Source of the DNA: a virus
Lineage: Duplodnaviria > Caudoviricetes
Virus record (IMG/VR): IMGVR_UViG_3300031519_000019
Span: 6,921 to 70,920 of that record
Length of the DNA: 64,000 nt
Reading direction: 5' to 3' (one strand)
Part shown: positions 1 to 12,200 of the stretch, in pieces
Position numbering within the stretch: position 1 is the stretch's first letter
Layout: every line of letters starts with the position of its first letter
Made by a program: the position numbers and the translations under genes
Notes under the pieces: model-generated
Told to the model about the DNA's origin: nothing
Database searches by the model: none
Seen by the model: the letters and a program-made list of their open reading frames with translations, nothing else

Positions 1-2
1 TT

Positions 3-2267
3 TATGGAATAACGCCCAACAAAGGGTTAACGCCTAACGATGGTTATCAATTTACACAAAAATCTTATGGTATGTGGATGGTACCTCCAGATATCGGATC
101 AAAAGTTTTAGTAATGTTTGCAGAAGGAAATCCAAACTTTGGATATTGGATTGGTTGCATTCCTGATGATTATATGAACTTTATGGTACCTGATGGTAGA
201 GCAAGCACTGAAAAAACAACAGGCGATACACCGCCAAACTTAAAGGGTGCAAAATTACCAGTAGGTGAATATAATAAATCAACTGAAACCGGTGAATTAG
301 TTGATCCTACACTATTTGATAAACCGTATAACAAAGATTTTACAGGAACATTAGAAGTACAAGGATTAATCTTTGATGAAACTAGAGGAACAACTACAAC
401 AAGTGCTAGACGAGAAACACCTAGTATGGTGTTTGGCGTTAGTACACCTGGGCCGTTAGATAGAAGAAACACTGCTCCAAAGTTTTCCGTAGGCACTGCC
501 GATGATAAAACTGAAATTCCATATAACAGATTAGGCGGATCTAGCTTTGTAATGGACGACGGTGACGATAATCTAGTTCGAAAAACTCATGCCGAAGAAG
601 GGCCGCCGGTATATGTAAACAAAGAAGCTGCTGAAGAAGGCGGCGACATTACTATACCTCATAATGAGCTATTAAGATTTCGTACTCGCACCGGGCATCA
701 AATATTAATGCATAACAGCGAGGATTTAATTTACATTGGAAATGCCAGAGGCACTACTTGGATTGAAATGACCAGTGATGGCAAGATTGATATTCATGCT
801 CAAGATAGTGTTAGTATTATGACAGACAATGATCTTAATATTACAGCGGAACGCGATATTAATATGGAAGCAGGTCGTAACATCAATATGAAAGCATCGG
901 CGCGATACAGCAAAGGTGCACCACTAGACGGCAGCGGTTTAGAAAGTGGTCGTATACAATTTGAGGCAGTATATAATTACAATTTAAAAGTTGGCGCAGA
1001 TGCCAAAATTACAATTACTAAAAATTTACATACTGGCGTAGGCGAAAATCAAAATATTAGTACAGGTAAATTTTTACATGTTAATACGGGACAAGATAAT
1101 CGACTAACTGCTGGAGCATACACTCATATTAATAGCGGTAAAGAACATAGAGAAACTGCAACATTTATTCATATGAATGGCCCGTCGGCAGCAATAGCAA
1201 ATCAAGCAAAACTAGTAATACCCTTAGACACTGTTACACTGCCGTATATTTTTCCTGGCAGTGTAACGCCGGTTGCATATGAAAGTATATTAACAAGAGC
1301 ACCGCAACATGAACCGTGGCCGCACCATGAAAATCTAGATCCTGCTTCATTTAAGAAAGCAGAAACTGATAGAGAAGCACCTGGCGGACTACCGACAGCG
1401 GACAGAATTATTACCCCTGACACATTCTTTAAAAATAAAGGCGGCAGAGTTTCAAGTGGATATGTTTCTGGATCAGGTGGAAGTATTTCCAGTGGTTACG
1501 GCGGCAATGCACCTGGAGGAACAAGCTCAGGTACTGGTGCAATACCAAAAGACAACTATAATAGTAATTTTGAATATAGTGATGAGTTAGGTTCACTAAG
1601 TGCAAAATACGAAAGCAGAGGAAGTAGTACTGTAATTGGATGGGATAGCACCGGTGGATTTAGTTACGGTAAGTATCAACTTGCTGCAAAGGTCGGAGCA
1701 ATGGACGGATATTTAAATTTCTTAAGTAAGAAACATCCAGATGTATATGCTAAATTACAAGCAGCAGGCGGTGGCAGTGGTGCAAAAGCAGGAACAGATA
1801 CATTTAAACAGACTTGGACCGAAACAATGAGCGACCCCGAAGCTGCAGAAACTCAACACGAATATGCAGTTATAACTTATTTTATACCAGCAGCAAACAA
1901 AGTGCAAGCATCAACGGGTATAGATGTAAGAGCTATGTCTAAGACTGTCCAAGATGTACTATGGTCTACGTCTGTTCAACACGGTGCTGGCGGCGCAAAC
2001 AAAATATTCCGTAAGTCAATAGACAACACTGGGACAACAACACCAACGGATCAGGCATTAATTAATGCCGTATATAATGAAAGATCTAAAGATAACGGCA
2101 TGGGTTATTTTCCAAGTAGTTCTGCAGGTGTTAGAGCTAGTTGTGTTAAGCGATTCCAAAATGAAAAAGCAGATGCCTTTAAGAGTTTAGAAGAAGAAAT
2201 TGCAAAGTCTTCAATTGCTACACAGACTAACAGTGATACATTTGTCCCTTCACCCGGACCTCAATAA
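3..2267 (+). CDS. gp5: Baseplate hub/spike (T4 gp5/VgrG-like) with C-terminal lysozyme-like domain; 5' end lies outside the window
   Basis: Frame is open from base 3 (YGITPNKG...SYGMWMVPPDIGSKVLVMFAEG, a gp5 OB-fold motif), so the ATG at 72 is internal. RTRTGHQILMHNSEDLIYIGNARG and short beta-helix repeats follow. The C-terminal LGSLSAKYESRG...GGFSYGKYQL resembles VgrG3-type muramidase. Lies directly before gp25. Confidence 0.85.
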   Translation, partial: YGITPNKGLTPNDGYQFTQKSYGMWMVPPDIGSKVLVMFAEGNPNFGYWIGCIPDDYMNFMVPDGRASTEKTTGDTPPNLKGAKLPVGEYNKSTETGELVDPTLFDKPYNKDFTGTLEVQGLIFDETRGTTTTSARRETPSMVFGVSTPGPLDRRNTAPKFSVGTADDKTEIPYNRLGGSSFVMDDGDDNLVRKTHAEEGPPVYVNKEAAEEGGDITIPHNELLRFRTRTGHQILMHNSEDLIYIGNARGTTWIEMTSDGKIDIHAQDSVSIMTDNDLNITAERDINMEAGRNINMKASARYSKGAPLDGSGLESGRIQFEAVYNYNLKVGADAKITITKNLHTGVGENQNISTGKFLHVNTGQDNRLTAGAYTHINSGKEHRETATFIHMNGPSAAIANQAKLVIPLDTVTLPYIFPGSVTPVAYESILTRAPQHEPWPHHENLDPASFKKAETDREAPGGLPTADRIITPDTFFKNKGGRVSSGYVSGSGGSISSGYGGNAPGGTSSGTGAIPKDNYNSNFEYSDELGSLSAKYESRGSSTVIGWDSTGGFSYGKYQLAAKVGAMDGYLNFLSKKHPDVYAKLQAAGGGSGAKAGTDTFKQTWTETMSDPEAAETQHEYAVITYFIPAANKVQASTGIDVRAMSKTVQDVLWSTSVQHGAGGANKIFRKSIDNTGTTTPTDQALINAVYNERSKDNGMGYFPSSSAGVRASCVKRFQNEKADAFKSLEEEIAKSSIATQTNSDTFVPSPGPQ

Positions 2268-2272
2268 TAGGG

Positions 2273-2278
2273 TAAATA
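2273..2278 (+). promoter_or_regulatory. T4-late-like promoter box TAAATA, 4 nt before the gp25 ATG
   Basis: GGTAAATA-TAGT-ATG(2283); the same spacing recurs at other gene starts. Confidence 0.55.
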
Positions 2279-2282
2279 TAGT

Positions 2283-2720
2283 ATGAGCGAATTAGAAAAA
2301 AACTTATATAAACGTGTAACTGTTAATCCAAAAAAAATAGTTGCAAAGTCTAGTAGAGCCTATAAAGGATTTTCTACAATTAACGAAAATGCTAAAGGAT
2401 TTTCGTTATATGATTTTGATTTAATTAAACAAGATTTAATTAATTATTTTCATATTCGTCAAGGAGAAAAACTAACAGATCCTAGTTTTGGTACGATTAT
2501 ATGGGATCTGTTGTACGAGCCTTTTACAGAAGACGTACAAACTGCAATTATTGATAATGTAACAACTATCATCAACTATGATCCTAGACTAGGTGTTAAT
2601 TCTGTTGTAGTAGATGCATATGAACAGGGTATTAATGTAGAATGTTCTGTTATATTTTTACCATATAATATTTCAGAATCTTTAAAGTTTAGATTTGACC
2701 AAAGAAACGGGTTATTATAA
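2283..2720 (+). CDS. gp25: Baseplate wedge subunit gp25-like
   Basis: 145 aa; LYDFDLIKQDLINYFHIRQGEKLTDPSFGTIIWDLLYEP...IINYDPRL is the gp25/GPW pattern; lies between gp5 and gp6. Confidence 0.9.
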   Translation: MSELEKNLYKRVTVNPKKIVAKSSRAYKGFSTINENAKGFSLYDFDLIKQDLINYFHIRQGEKLTDPSFGTIIWDLLYEPFTEDVQTAIIDNVTTIINYDPRLGVNSVVVDAYEQGINVECSVIFLPYNISESLKFRFDQRNGLL

Positions 2721-2742
2721 TATACACACTTTATCATATCAG

Positions 2743-2749
2743 ATAAATA
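2743..2749 (+). promoter_or_regulatory. T4-late-like promoter box ATAAATA upstream of gp6
   Basis: Intergenic GATAAATA followed by AAGGA Shine-Dalgarno and ATG 2775. Confidence 0.55.
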
Positions 2750-2774
2750 TTATAGTAAACAAGGAATCTAAAAT

Positions 2775-5700
2775 ATGTCTTCATCTGATAGACAGTCAAG
2801 GCTTTTAGTAGCAGAAGACTGGAAAAGAATATACCAATCCTACCGCAATGCGGATTTTCAAAGCTACGACTTTGATAATCTTCGTCGCACAATGATTAAC
2901 TATTTGCGTCAAAATTACCCAGAAGATTTTAACGATTATATTGAATCAAGTGAATATCTTGCTTTAATTGATATGATTGCGTTTCTTGGACAAAACTTAT
3001 CATTCCGTATTGATTTAAATGCTAGAGAAAACTTTTTAGAAACAGCAGAACGTAGAGAAAGTATTTTACGCCTTGCACGTATGCTATCTTATAATCCTCG
3101 TAGAAATCAAGCAGCAAACGGTCTATTAAAAATTGAAACTATTAAGACAACTGAAAGTGTTTTTGATAGTACAGGTCTTAACCTTGCAAACATTGTAGTT
3201 AAGTGGAACGACTTGGCTAATTCAAATTATTTTGAACAGTATTTAAAAATATTAAATTCAACATTGCCTCTTGCAAATTCTATTGGTAATCCTTTAAAGT
3301 CTGCAACTATTTCTGACATAGTAACTCAGAAATATAGATTTAATGCAACAAATACATCTAGTGCAGTGTTTCCTTTTTCTAAAAGAATAGAAGGAGTTGC
3401 AACTGACTTTGAAGTAGTAAGTTCAGATATTCAAAATGATTCTATTGTAGAAGAACCACCACTTCCGGGTACTAGTCCTGCGTTCTTATTCCGTGATGAC
3501 GGTCAGGGCACTGCTAGCTCTAATACTGGATTCTTTATGCATTTCCGCCAAGGAACACTTGACAGTGGTAATTTTACAGTGTCTAATCCTACACCTAACC
3601 AATCTGTTGCAGTTGACGCAACAGATATTAACAATTCAGATATATGGTTGTATGAAACAGATACTAACGGCTTTGAAACAACTGCATGGACTAAAATTGA
3701 TGCAGTTGAAGGCAACAATGTAATTTACAATAGTCTATTTCAGGGATTACGTAATGTGTATGCTGTTACTACTAGAGTAGGTGATAGAATTAATTTAGTG
3801 TTTAGTGATGGTATCTTTGGTAATTTACCTGCAGGCGGATTTAAAGTATATTATAGAACTAGTTCAAATGCTTACAGTACAATTACACCAGGAGCAGTGG
3901 GTTTAGTTTCTATAGAAATTCCGTATCAAAGTAAATCTGGAAGCTTAGAAACTCTTACTATTGGGTTGCGATTAAAGTATACAGTCAGTAACGGAGCACC
4001 AAGTGAAACTGATGAAGAAATTAAACAAAATGCACCAGCGACTTATTACACACAAAATCGTTTAATCACAGGCGAAGATTATAATATTGGCCCGTTGGCA
4101 ATTAGTCAAGATATTATTAAAACTAAAAGTACTAATAGAATTTCAAGCGGAATTTCAAGATATTTTGACTTAAAAGATGTCAGCGGAAAATATAGTAATA
4201 CAAGTTTGTTTGCCGATGATGGCTTAATATATAAAGACGAGTTTCTAGAAAAAACAAGTTTTACATTTGCAACTCAAAGCGATATTGAAGGGATTCTGTA
4301 TAACACAGTTGAACCAATACTAGCAAGTGTAAACACTAGGAATTTTTATCTAGGCAAGTATCCTAAAACTATTGTTTCAGACCTTAATGCATCGTGGAAT
4401 CAATCAACTTCAGAAACTAATAAAACTACCGGACTATTTCAAGACGTAGACGATAGTGCATATGCAGTTGGCTCTTTTACAGCAAATAGTTTGCGATTAG
4501 TAGAAGCAGGCACACTGTGTAGATTTGTTGCTCCTTTAACTAGTTTAGGAGAAACTCAATATTTTAAAAGCGACGGCACATTAACAACTAATAATACGTT
4601 AATTGGAATTAGTACATATAAATGGACTAAAGTAATTGCAGTTTCAACTGATGGCACCGTAGTAAACGCTAGCGGCATTGGACCAATTATGTTTAATGAT
4701 TATATCGAAAATGGTGTAATTTTAGATCAGATTATTCCTAAACTATCTAGAACACTAATCAATGATGTTAAAACACAAATAATTGATCAAGCATTTTCTT
4801 ATAATGATTTTGCGTTAAGATATGATGCTGAACTTCGTCAATGGATAATGATTACGGCTAGCAACATTAATACTGTTAGTAATTTTGCTTTAGGTAAAGC
4901 AGGTGACGAAAGTTCTCAGAATCTTGACTCAAGTTGGACATTGTACTTTAAAACTGATGGCGAAAAATATACAATTTCTTATCGTAATCTAAGATATATA
5001 ATGGAAAGCGCAGACGAAATTAGATTCTTCTTTGATGCTGCTGACAAAATTTATAATCCGTCTACTGGGCAAATTGTTAGAGATAGAATTGATATATTAA
5101 ATATTAATAGACAAGTTGGTAAACTTATACCGTTCTCAAAAGATTTTGTTTGGACAATTACTGATGCATTTAGAGATAAAGAAGGTTATGTAGATTCTCG
5201 AAAAATTCAAATACAATTTATTGATTCTGATGATGATAGCGTAGTTGATGATCCAGAAATGTTTGAGCAACTAATTTCTCAAGATGATGTCACTATTGCC
5301 GACGAACTAAAAATTATATATCAAAAGAAATATACTACAACTGATGGTGTAGAAGATTTTAAATATTTTTCAAATCATAATAACGAAATTATATTTGTAC
5401 AAAATGAAACAGCAATTGCCCCTTATAGTTCGCGAACTGAAGGACAAATTTTTTACTTACTTGAAGAAAACATATTTAGGACTCTTAATAAGGCATTAAA
5501 CAACACATCAATTAATACAAATTATAAAGCATATACTGGCAGAGCAGGTTTAAAATTCCATTATATACATGTTGCAGACAGTAATTATAGAATTGATCCT
5601 AGTGCTAGTAATTTAATTGATACTTATGTTTTAACAAAAACCTATGATGAAAATATACGTAAATACATTAACGGAACGTTAGCAGTATCGCCTCGTCCTC

Positions 5701-6293
5701 CAAGTAACGATGAATTATTTCGTTCTTATGGATCGGCTATAAATGCTATAAAAAGTATTAGCGATGAAGTAATTTATCACCCGGTAAAGTATAAGATATT
5801 ATTTGGTAGCAAAGCAAACAAAGACCTACAAGTGAAATTTAAAATTGTAAAAAACAAATCATTAGTATTAAATGACAACGAACTTAAAGCAGACGTCGTT
5901 AGCCTAATTGATCAATTCTTTGCAATTGAAAATTGGGACTTTGGCGAGACTTTTTACTTCCAAGAGCTTAGTGCCTATATTATGAATCAACTAAGTCCAA
6001 AACTGGTAAGTATTATTATAGTTCCGCGCCAGGGCACACAGTCGTTTGGTAGTTTATTTGAAATTAAGTCTGAACCAGATGAGATTTTTTTAAGTGCAGC
6101 GCAAGTATCAGATATTGAAACTATCGACGAAATAACAGCTACAGAACTTCAAGCAAGCGGTACAGTTATTACTAGTGTATCAACTACTACCTTATCAGGC
6201 ATAACAAGTGCAGCATCTACAAGCTCTACATCTACAACAAATACCGGCGGCGGTATTTCAACTACAAATAACAGTACAGGAAGCAGCTACTAA
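2775..6293 (+). CDS. gp6: Baseplate wedge protein gp6-like (extended, 1172 aa)
   Basis: [36 protein letters not shown]...[24 protein letters not shown] and [21 protein letters not shown] are gp6/baseplate-J hallmarks. Confidence 0.88.
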   Translation: MSSSDRQSRLLVAEDWKRIYQSYRNADFQSYDFDNLRRTMINYLRQNYPEDFNDYIESSEYLALIDMIAFLGQNLSFRIDLNARENFLETAERRESILRLARMLSYNPRRNQAANGLLKIETIKTTESVFDSTGLNLANIVVKWNDLANSNYFEQYLKILNSTLPLANSIGNPLKSATISDIVTQKYRFNATNTSSAVFPFSKRIEGVATDFEVVSSDIQNDSIVEEPPLPGTSPAFLFRDDGQGTASSNTGFFMHFRQGTLDSGNFTVSNPTPNQSVAVDATDINNSDIWLYETDTNGFETTAWTKIDAVEGNNVIYNSLFQGLRNVYAVTTRVGDRINLVFSDGIFGNLPAGGFKVYYRTSSNAYSTITPGAVGLVSIEIPYQSKSGSLETLTIGLRLKYTVSNGAPSETDEEIKQNAPATYYTQNRLITGEDYNIGPLAISQDIIKTKSTNRISSGISRYFDLKDVSGKYSNTSLFADDGLIYKDEFLEKTSFTFATQSDIEGILYNTVEPILASVNTRNFYLGKYPKTIVSDLNASWNQSTSETNKTTGLFQDVDDSAYAVGSFTANSLRLVEAGTLCRFVAPLTSLGETQYFKSDGTLTTNNTLIGISTYKWTKVIAVSTDGTVVNASGIGPIMFNDYIENGVILDQIIPKLSRTLINDVKTQIIDQAFSYNDFALRYDAELRQWIMITASNINTVSNFALGKAGDESSQNLDSSWTLYFKTDGEKYTISYRNLRYIMESADEIRFFFDAADKIYNPSTGQIVRDRIDILNINRQVGKLIPFSKDFVWTITDAFRDKEGYVDSRKIQIQFIDSDDDSVVDDPEMFEQLISQDDVTIADELKIIYQKKYTTTDGVEDFKYFSNHNNEIIFVQNETAIAPYSSRTEGQIFYLLEENIFRTLNKALNNTSINTNYKAYTGRAGLKFHYIHVADSNYRIDPSASNLIDTYVLTKTYDENIRKYINGTLAVSPRPPSNDELFRSYGSAINAIKSISDEVIYHPVKYKILFGSKANKDLQVKFKIVKNKSLVLNDNELKADVVSLIDQFFAIENWDFGETFYFQELSAYIMNQLSPKLVSIIIVPRQGTQSFGSLFEIKSEPDEIFLSAAQVSDIETIDEITATELQASGTVITSVSTTTLSGITSAASTSSTSTTNTGGGISTTNNSTGSSY

Positions 6294-9200
6294 TGGCGTA
6301 TAACAATAATCAGAATGAAAGCGCATTACCAGTTCCGGGTAATGACAAAAGAACATCTGTAGATTTTTTACCTAAGTTCTTTAGATCTGAAGCTAATAGA
6401 AAATTTTTACAATCTACGTTAGATCAAATGATTCAACCGGGCGTAGCTGAAAAATTAAACGGATATATTGGTAGAGAAACGGCAAAAGCATTTGTTCCGT
6501 CAGACAACTATATAGCCGATGTTTCCGCTGCCCGAAAAAATTATCAATTAGAACCTGCAATTGTAATTAAAGATAATGTCGATAATGTAACTTTTTATAA
6601 AGATTATAATGATTATATTAACCAATTAAAAGTGTTTGGTTCTAATACTACTGATCACAGTCGTTTAAATGGTCAAGAAACATATGCATGGAACCCAAAT
6701 ATTGATTGGGATAAATTTGTAAACTTCCGAGAATATTATTGGTTGCCTAATGGACCTATTAGTATTCCTATTAGAGGACAAAGTCGAGATATTGTTAGTA
6801 CATATTCTGTTTCAATACTTAACGAAGACGACAATAATACATATGTGTTTAATGACGGATTTGAAAAAAATCCCACATTAAAATTATACAAAGGGCAAAC
6901 ATATAGATTTAACATTTCTACAATCAACGAGCCGTTTGCTTTTGCAATATCAAGAACATTTACACCAGGTATAGAGGTCCTTGATCCAAATGTGTCAACA
7001 TTATATAATGATGGCATTACTAAATTTGATGCAGATGGAAATACAGTAACAACTGAATATATTGAATCAGGAACAATAGAATTTACTATTCCTATAAATG
7101 CTCCTGATAACCTTTATTATATTAGTAAAAATAATATTGATACTAGTGGTGTTATTAGAATATATGATGTAGAAGAAAATACATTTCTTGATGTTACTGC
7201 TGATGTTATTGGTAAAAAATATTATACAAGTTCTAACGGTGTAGAACTTAGTAATGGAATGAAAGTTATTTTTCAAGGCGATATAACTCCTGTTCAATAT
7301 GAATCTAGTCAATGGTATGTTGAAGGTGTGGGATCGGCTATTAAATTAATAAACGAACAAGATTTGGTTATTCCTGCAGCATACTCGACCGAACAGCTAG
7401 TACCTTACGATGCTGATAATTTTGACGTATTGCCGTTTGCAAATGCAAGCGCATATGCTGCTACAAAAGATTACATTGTTATTAATCGTGCAAGTCCTGA
7501 TAGAAATGCATGGAGTCGTTATAACAGATGGCACCACCGTGACGTAATATTAAAAAGTGCTGCTTATAATAACATCCCAGAAACTATTGACGAAGTCAAT
7601 CGAGCAAAGCGTCCTATTATTGAATTTGAAGCCGGGTTAAAATTAAACAATTTTGGTAGTTTTGCAAAACAAGACGTTGATCTAGTTGACACATATACAC
7701 TTGATGTATTTTCAACTATCGAAGGTCAAATTGGATATAATGTCGACGGCATTGATTTTGCCGACGGCATGCGTATATTATTTACTGCTGATACTGATAA
7801 TCTTGTTAACGGAAAAATCTATCAAGTTAACTTTATCAATGTTAACAACACTCGACAAATCAGTCTAGTAGAAGCTACTGATTCGTATCCGCAAGATTTA
7901 GAAACAGTATTAATTACTGAGGGTAAGTTTTATGCAGGAAAAAGTTTTTATTACTTTAATAATAAATGGAATCTTGCTCAAGAAAAAACTACAACTAATC
8001 AGCCACCATTGTTTGATGTATGCGATGTCAACGGAAACAGTTTTAGTAATGATACTTATTACGGTTCTACAACATTTAACGGTACTAAAGTATTTTCATA
8101 TGCCGTTGGAACTGGCACAAATGATATAGAATTAGGATTTCCTTTATCTTATAGAACAATTGAAAATTCAGGCGATATTGTTTTTAATTTTAACTTATCA
8201 AATGACACCTTTGAATACCAAGACGAAAATGATTTGTTTACACAAGAAATTAAATCAGGATATCTTAAAAAATATACAGACCTTAATACCTTAACTTATG
8301 TTAACGGATTTAGTAGCACTCCTACTAACAGTAAACAGTGGGTAATTAAACAATATTCTGCAACTAATTTACAATTAAATAATTTTAAAATAGATGTATA
8401 CGATAATGCTGGTTCGTTAAACGACTTAACCACAGTAGTATATTTAAATAATAATATTCAATTGCAATTACGAGATTACGAAATTGATCGTATCAACAAT
8501 CATGCTTATGTTAGATTTTATAATGACCTAACAGTTAATGATGTAGTTAAACTTAAAACAAATTCATCTACTATTAAAAATACAAATGGCTATTATGAAT
8601 TTCCGTATAACTTAGAACGCAATCCATTAAATGCCGATATAAGTGAATTTACATTAGGTGAAGTTATTGATCATGTAGATAGCATGATAGAAGATTTGAG
8701 AAATTTTAATGGCGTTTATCCGGGCAACGGTAACCTAAGAGATTTAGGCGAATTAGATCATTTTGGAAAACGATTTGTAAAACATAGTGGACCAATCAAT
8801 CTACCGTTATATCATGTAACTAATAAAGATTATAATATAATAAAAGCATTAAAATATTCTGAGACAGAATATGCAAGATTTAAAAGAATATTTTTAGAAA
8901 CTGCAGAAAGTTTAGGATTTGACGGCGCAACAAAACAACACGTTGATAGAATACTTCAAGAAGTAAATAGCGACAAACTAAAATCGCAACCGTTCTACTT
9001 CTCAGATATGTTGGCTTATGGTCCGTCAAATCGAATTGAGTATACTGTCCTTGACGAGAGAACAACAGCGTATGCAATTTCATCATTATTTAATCTTAAT
9101 ACATTGTCTGCTAAAAGTGTTACAGTATATTTAAATGGTGTGCAATTATCACATATTATAGACTATACATTTAATAATCAAGGTTTTGTAGAAATTGTTG

Positions 9201-12200
9201 CTAACCAAGCAGAAGGCGATATTATTGAAATTTATGAATATGAAAGTACTGACGGTAGTTTTATAGCACCAACACCAACAAAACTAGGATTATTTCCAAA
9301 GTATGTTCCTGAATTAACAATAGACGATACTTTTCAGTCAGCTGAGCCTACAAGTACCGGACCATTTAAAATCTACGGCGAGATTGCATCAGGATATACT
9401 AGTGCTGGAACTAGAGGGTGGTTCTATCCAGTTTATACTACAAAATCAGCAGCAAACCAAGCTGATATAGATAATAACGGCGCAGGAACATCTCATTCAC
9501 ATCAATTTGTAGGGTTAAGCAGAATATTGTATATGCCGTCGACTAGTGCAAATCACGGCGTAGCAGACAATGTTGAAATAGAAGCATATCCAGTAGGTAT
9601 TGCATTTGTTCGAGGACATGACGGTAGTTATGTAAGAGCGTATCTTGATTTTAGAGACGAATTATTGCTTGAATTAGAAAAAAGAATATTTAATAATATT
9701 AAAGTTGAATACTCGTCTGATCTATTAGATGTTAACGAATTTACTGGCGGCGACTTTAGAACCGGCGAATTTACTAAAACAGAAATAGATAATTCGTTAT
9801 TGAGTAATTTTACTCAATGGTTGCGATTAGTTGACAACGACTATACTACCAACTATTTCTATGATCGTAATAATGAATTTACGTTTAATTATTCTAATAT
9901 GAATACTCCTAATGATGCACTCCTACCAGGGTTCTGGAGAGGTGTGTTTATTAGAGCATATGATACAGATCGCCCGCATACCCATCCTTGGGAAATGCTA
10001 GGACTAACAATTAAGCCAACATGGTGGGACACTGTTTACGGTCCTGCACCGTATACTTCAGATAACTTAATTCTTTGGAGAGACTTAGAAGAAGGAAAAA
10101 TTGCAGAGCCAAATAAAGCAATAGTTTTTAATAAAAAGTATGCTCGCCCTGGACTATCTAATTTTATTCCGGCTGATACACAAGGCAGAATTCGCTCACC
10201 AATTTCTGCAAATTATGCAAAAAATTTCAACCTTCGACTCACTACACAGAATTTTAAGTTCGGTGATCATGCACCAGTTGAAACAGCTTGGAGACGTAGT
10301 TCTCACTATCCGTTTGCGGTATTATCGGCATTCTTATTAAACAAACCTGCTAAAGTTATGGGTTTAGGATTTGATGTTTCAAGGATTACACGTAACTTAG
10401 CCGGACAATGGGTATATACACCTACTAATCTGCCTATTGTTATTGCTGACGTACAATTGCCGAATACATATGTGTCGTTATCTAGGACGTTAACTGCAGG
10501 ATTAGTAAACTACATTTACAACTTAGTAGCTAGTAATGTACTAAGTGTATATGAAGATTACAAATCTGATTTAAGTAATTTGTCAAATCAATTAGGATTT
10601 AAAATTGGCGGATTTACCGATAAGAAAAAGTTTAATTTGATACTTGACAGTAGATCCCCTTCACAAAGTCAAGGCAGAAGTGGAATTTTTATTCCGCAAG
10701 AAAATTATGATGTATTCATAAACACAAGTAGCGCAATTGAACTTGCAATCTATAGTGGTGTTGCGATTGAAAAAACAGCAGCAGGATATATTATTAGAGG
10801 ATATAATCTAGAATCGCCGTATTTTGAATATTACCCAGTGCAGTCTGCATCTAAAAAAATTACAGTTACTATTGGCGGCATATCAGAAACTGCTACTGAA
10901 TGGCAAGAAGCAAAAATGTATTCACAAGGACAAATTCTTGAATACAATAATAAATTTTATAGAGTAAAAACAACGTTTACTAGTAACACTGCATTTGATA
11001 CTGACAATCTTGCAATATTAGCTGCACTACCAATCGTAGGCGGCAAAACAGCAGAATTTTATCGTAACTTTAATCAATCTAAGATATTAACACTTACATA
11101 CGGTTCAAAACTATCATCTAGCCAAGAAGTAGTGGACTTTTTATTAGGATATAGTGCAAGACAAGAAGATGTTGGCTTTATATTAAATAATGTTTCTAAT
11201 GATGGTTCGGTAGTAGATAACTGGGATACCGCAGCAAGAGAATTCTTGTTTTGGACTACGCAGGGCTGGGCTAGCGGAACAGTTATTACACTAAGTCCAG
11301 GTGCTTCAAAACTTGAATTTGAAAAAGATTATACAGTTGTAGACGATTTAACTGATAAATTTTATAATTATAGTATATTAAAAGCCGACGGTCAGCCACT
11401 ATCTGCTGAATTTAATAGCTTATTAAGAAAAAATAATAGTTTTGGAATAGAAACAAATAATACAGATGACGGTTTGTTTCACATAGCGTTTCCGTTAGTA
11501 CAAAAAGAACACGTAGTGTTACTTGACAATACTACAATATTTAACGATGTCATTTATCAACCTGCGACTGGTTATAGACAAGAGCGTATTAAGGTTAGCG
11601 GATATAGAGCAGATGGATGGAACGGCAGTTTAGATATTCCTGGATTTGTGTTTGATGATGCAAAGTATTCAAATTGGAGTCAGTGGAAAGATTATACAAT
11701 TGGTGATTTGGTAAAGTATAAGCAGTACTACTATGTTGCAATTGAAAATATTCCAGGTGCTTTGAATTTTAATACAAACGTTTGGTCTAGATTAAATGAA
11801 AAACCAGTTCCTGAATTAATTACTAACTTTGATTATAGAATTAATCAATTTACTGATTTTTACGATTTAGATAGTGATGGTTTTGATAGTGAACAACAAA
11901 AAATTGCTCAACATTTAATCGGATATCAGAAGCGCAATTACTTACAAAATATTATACCTGACGACATAAGCCAGTTTAAATTTTATAGAGGGTTTATTGC
12001 TGACAAAGGTACAATGAATGCGCTTACTAAATTGTTTGATGCATTAGGTGATGCTAACATTGACAATTTAGAATTTTACGAAGAATGGGCAGTTCAGATC
12101 GGCCGTTACGGTGCAACCGATGATATCCAACAAGTAGAATATAATATAAAACAAAGTGATATACTAGAGTCACCGCAGGCAGTTGAATTGGTTAATTTTC

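Noticed and set aside
72-74. ATG 72 as the gp5 start
   Set aside because: Frame is open to the window edge and the conserved SYGMW motif spans it
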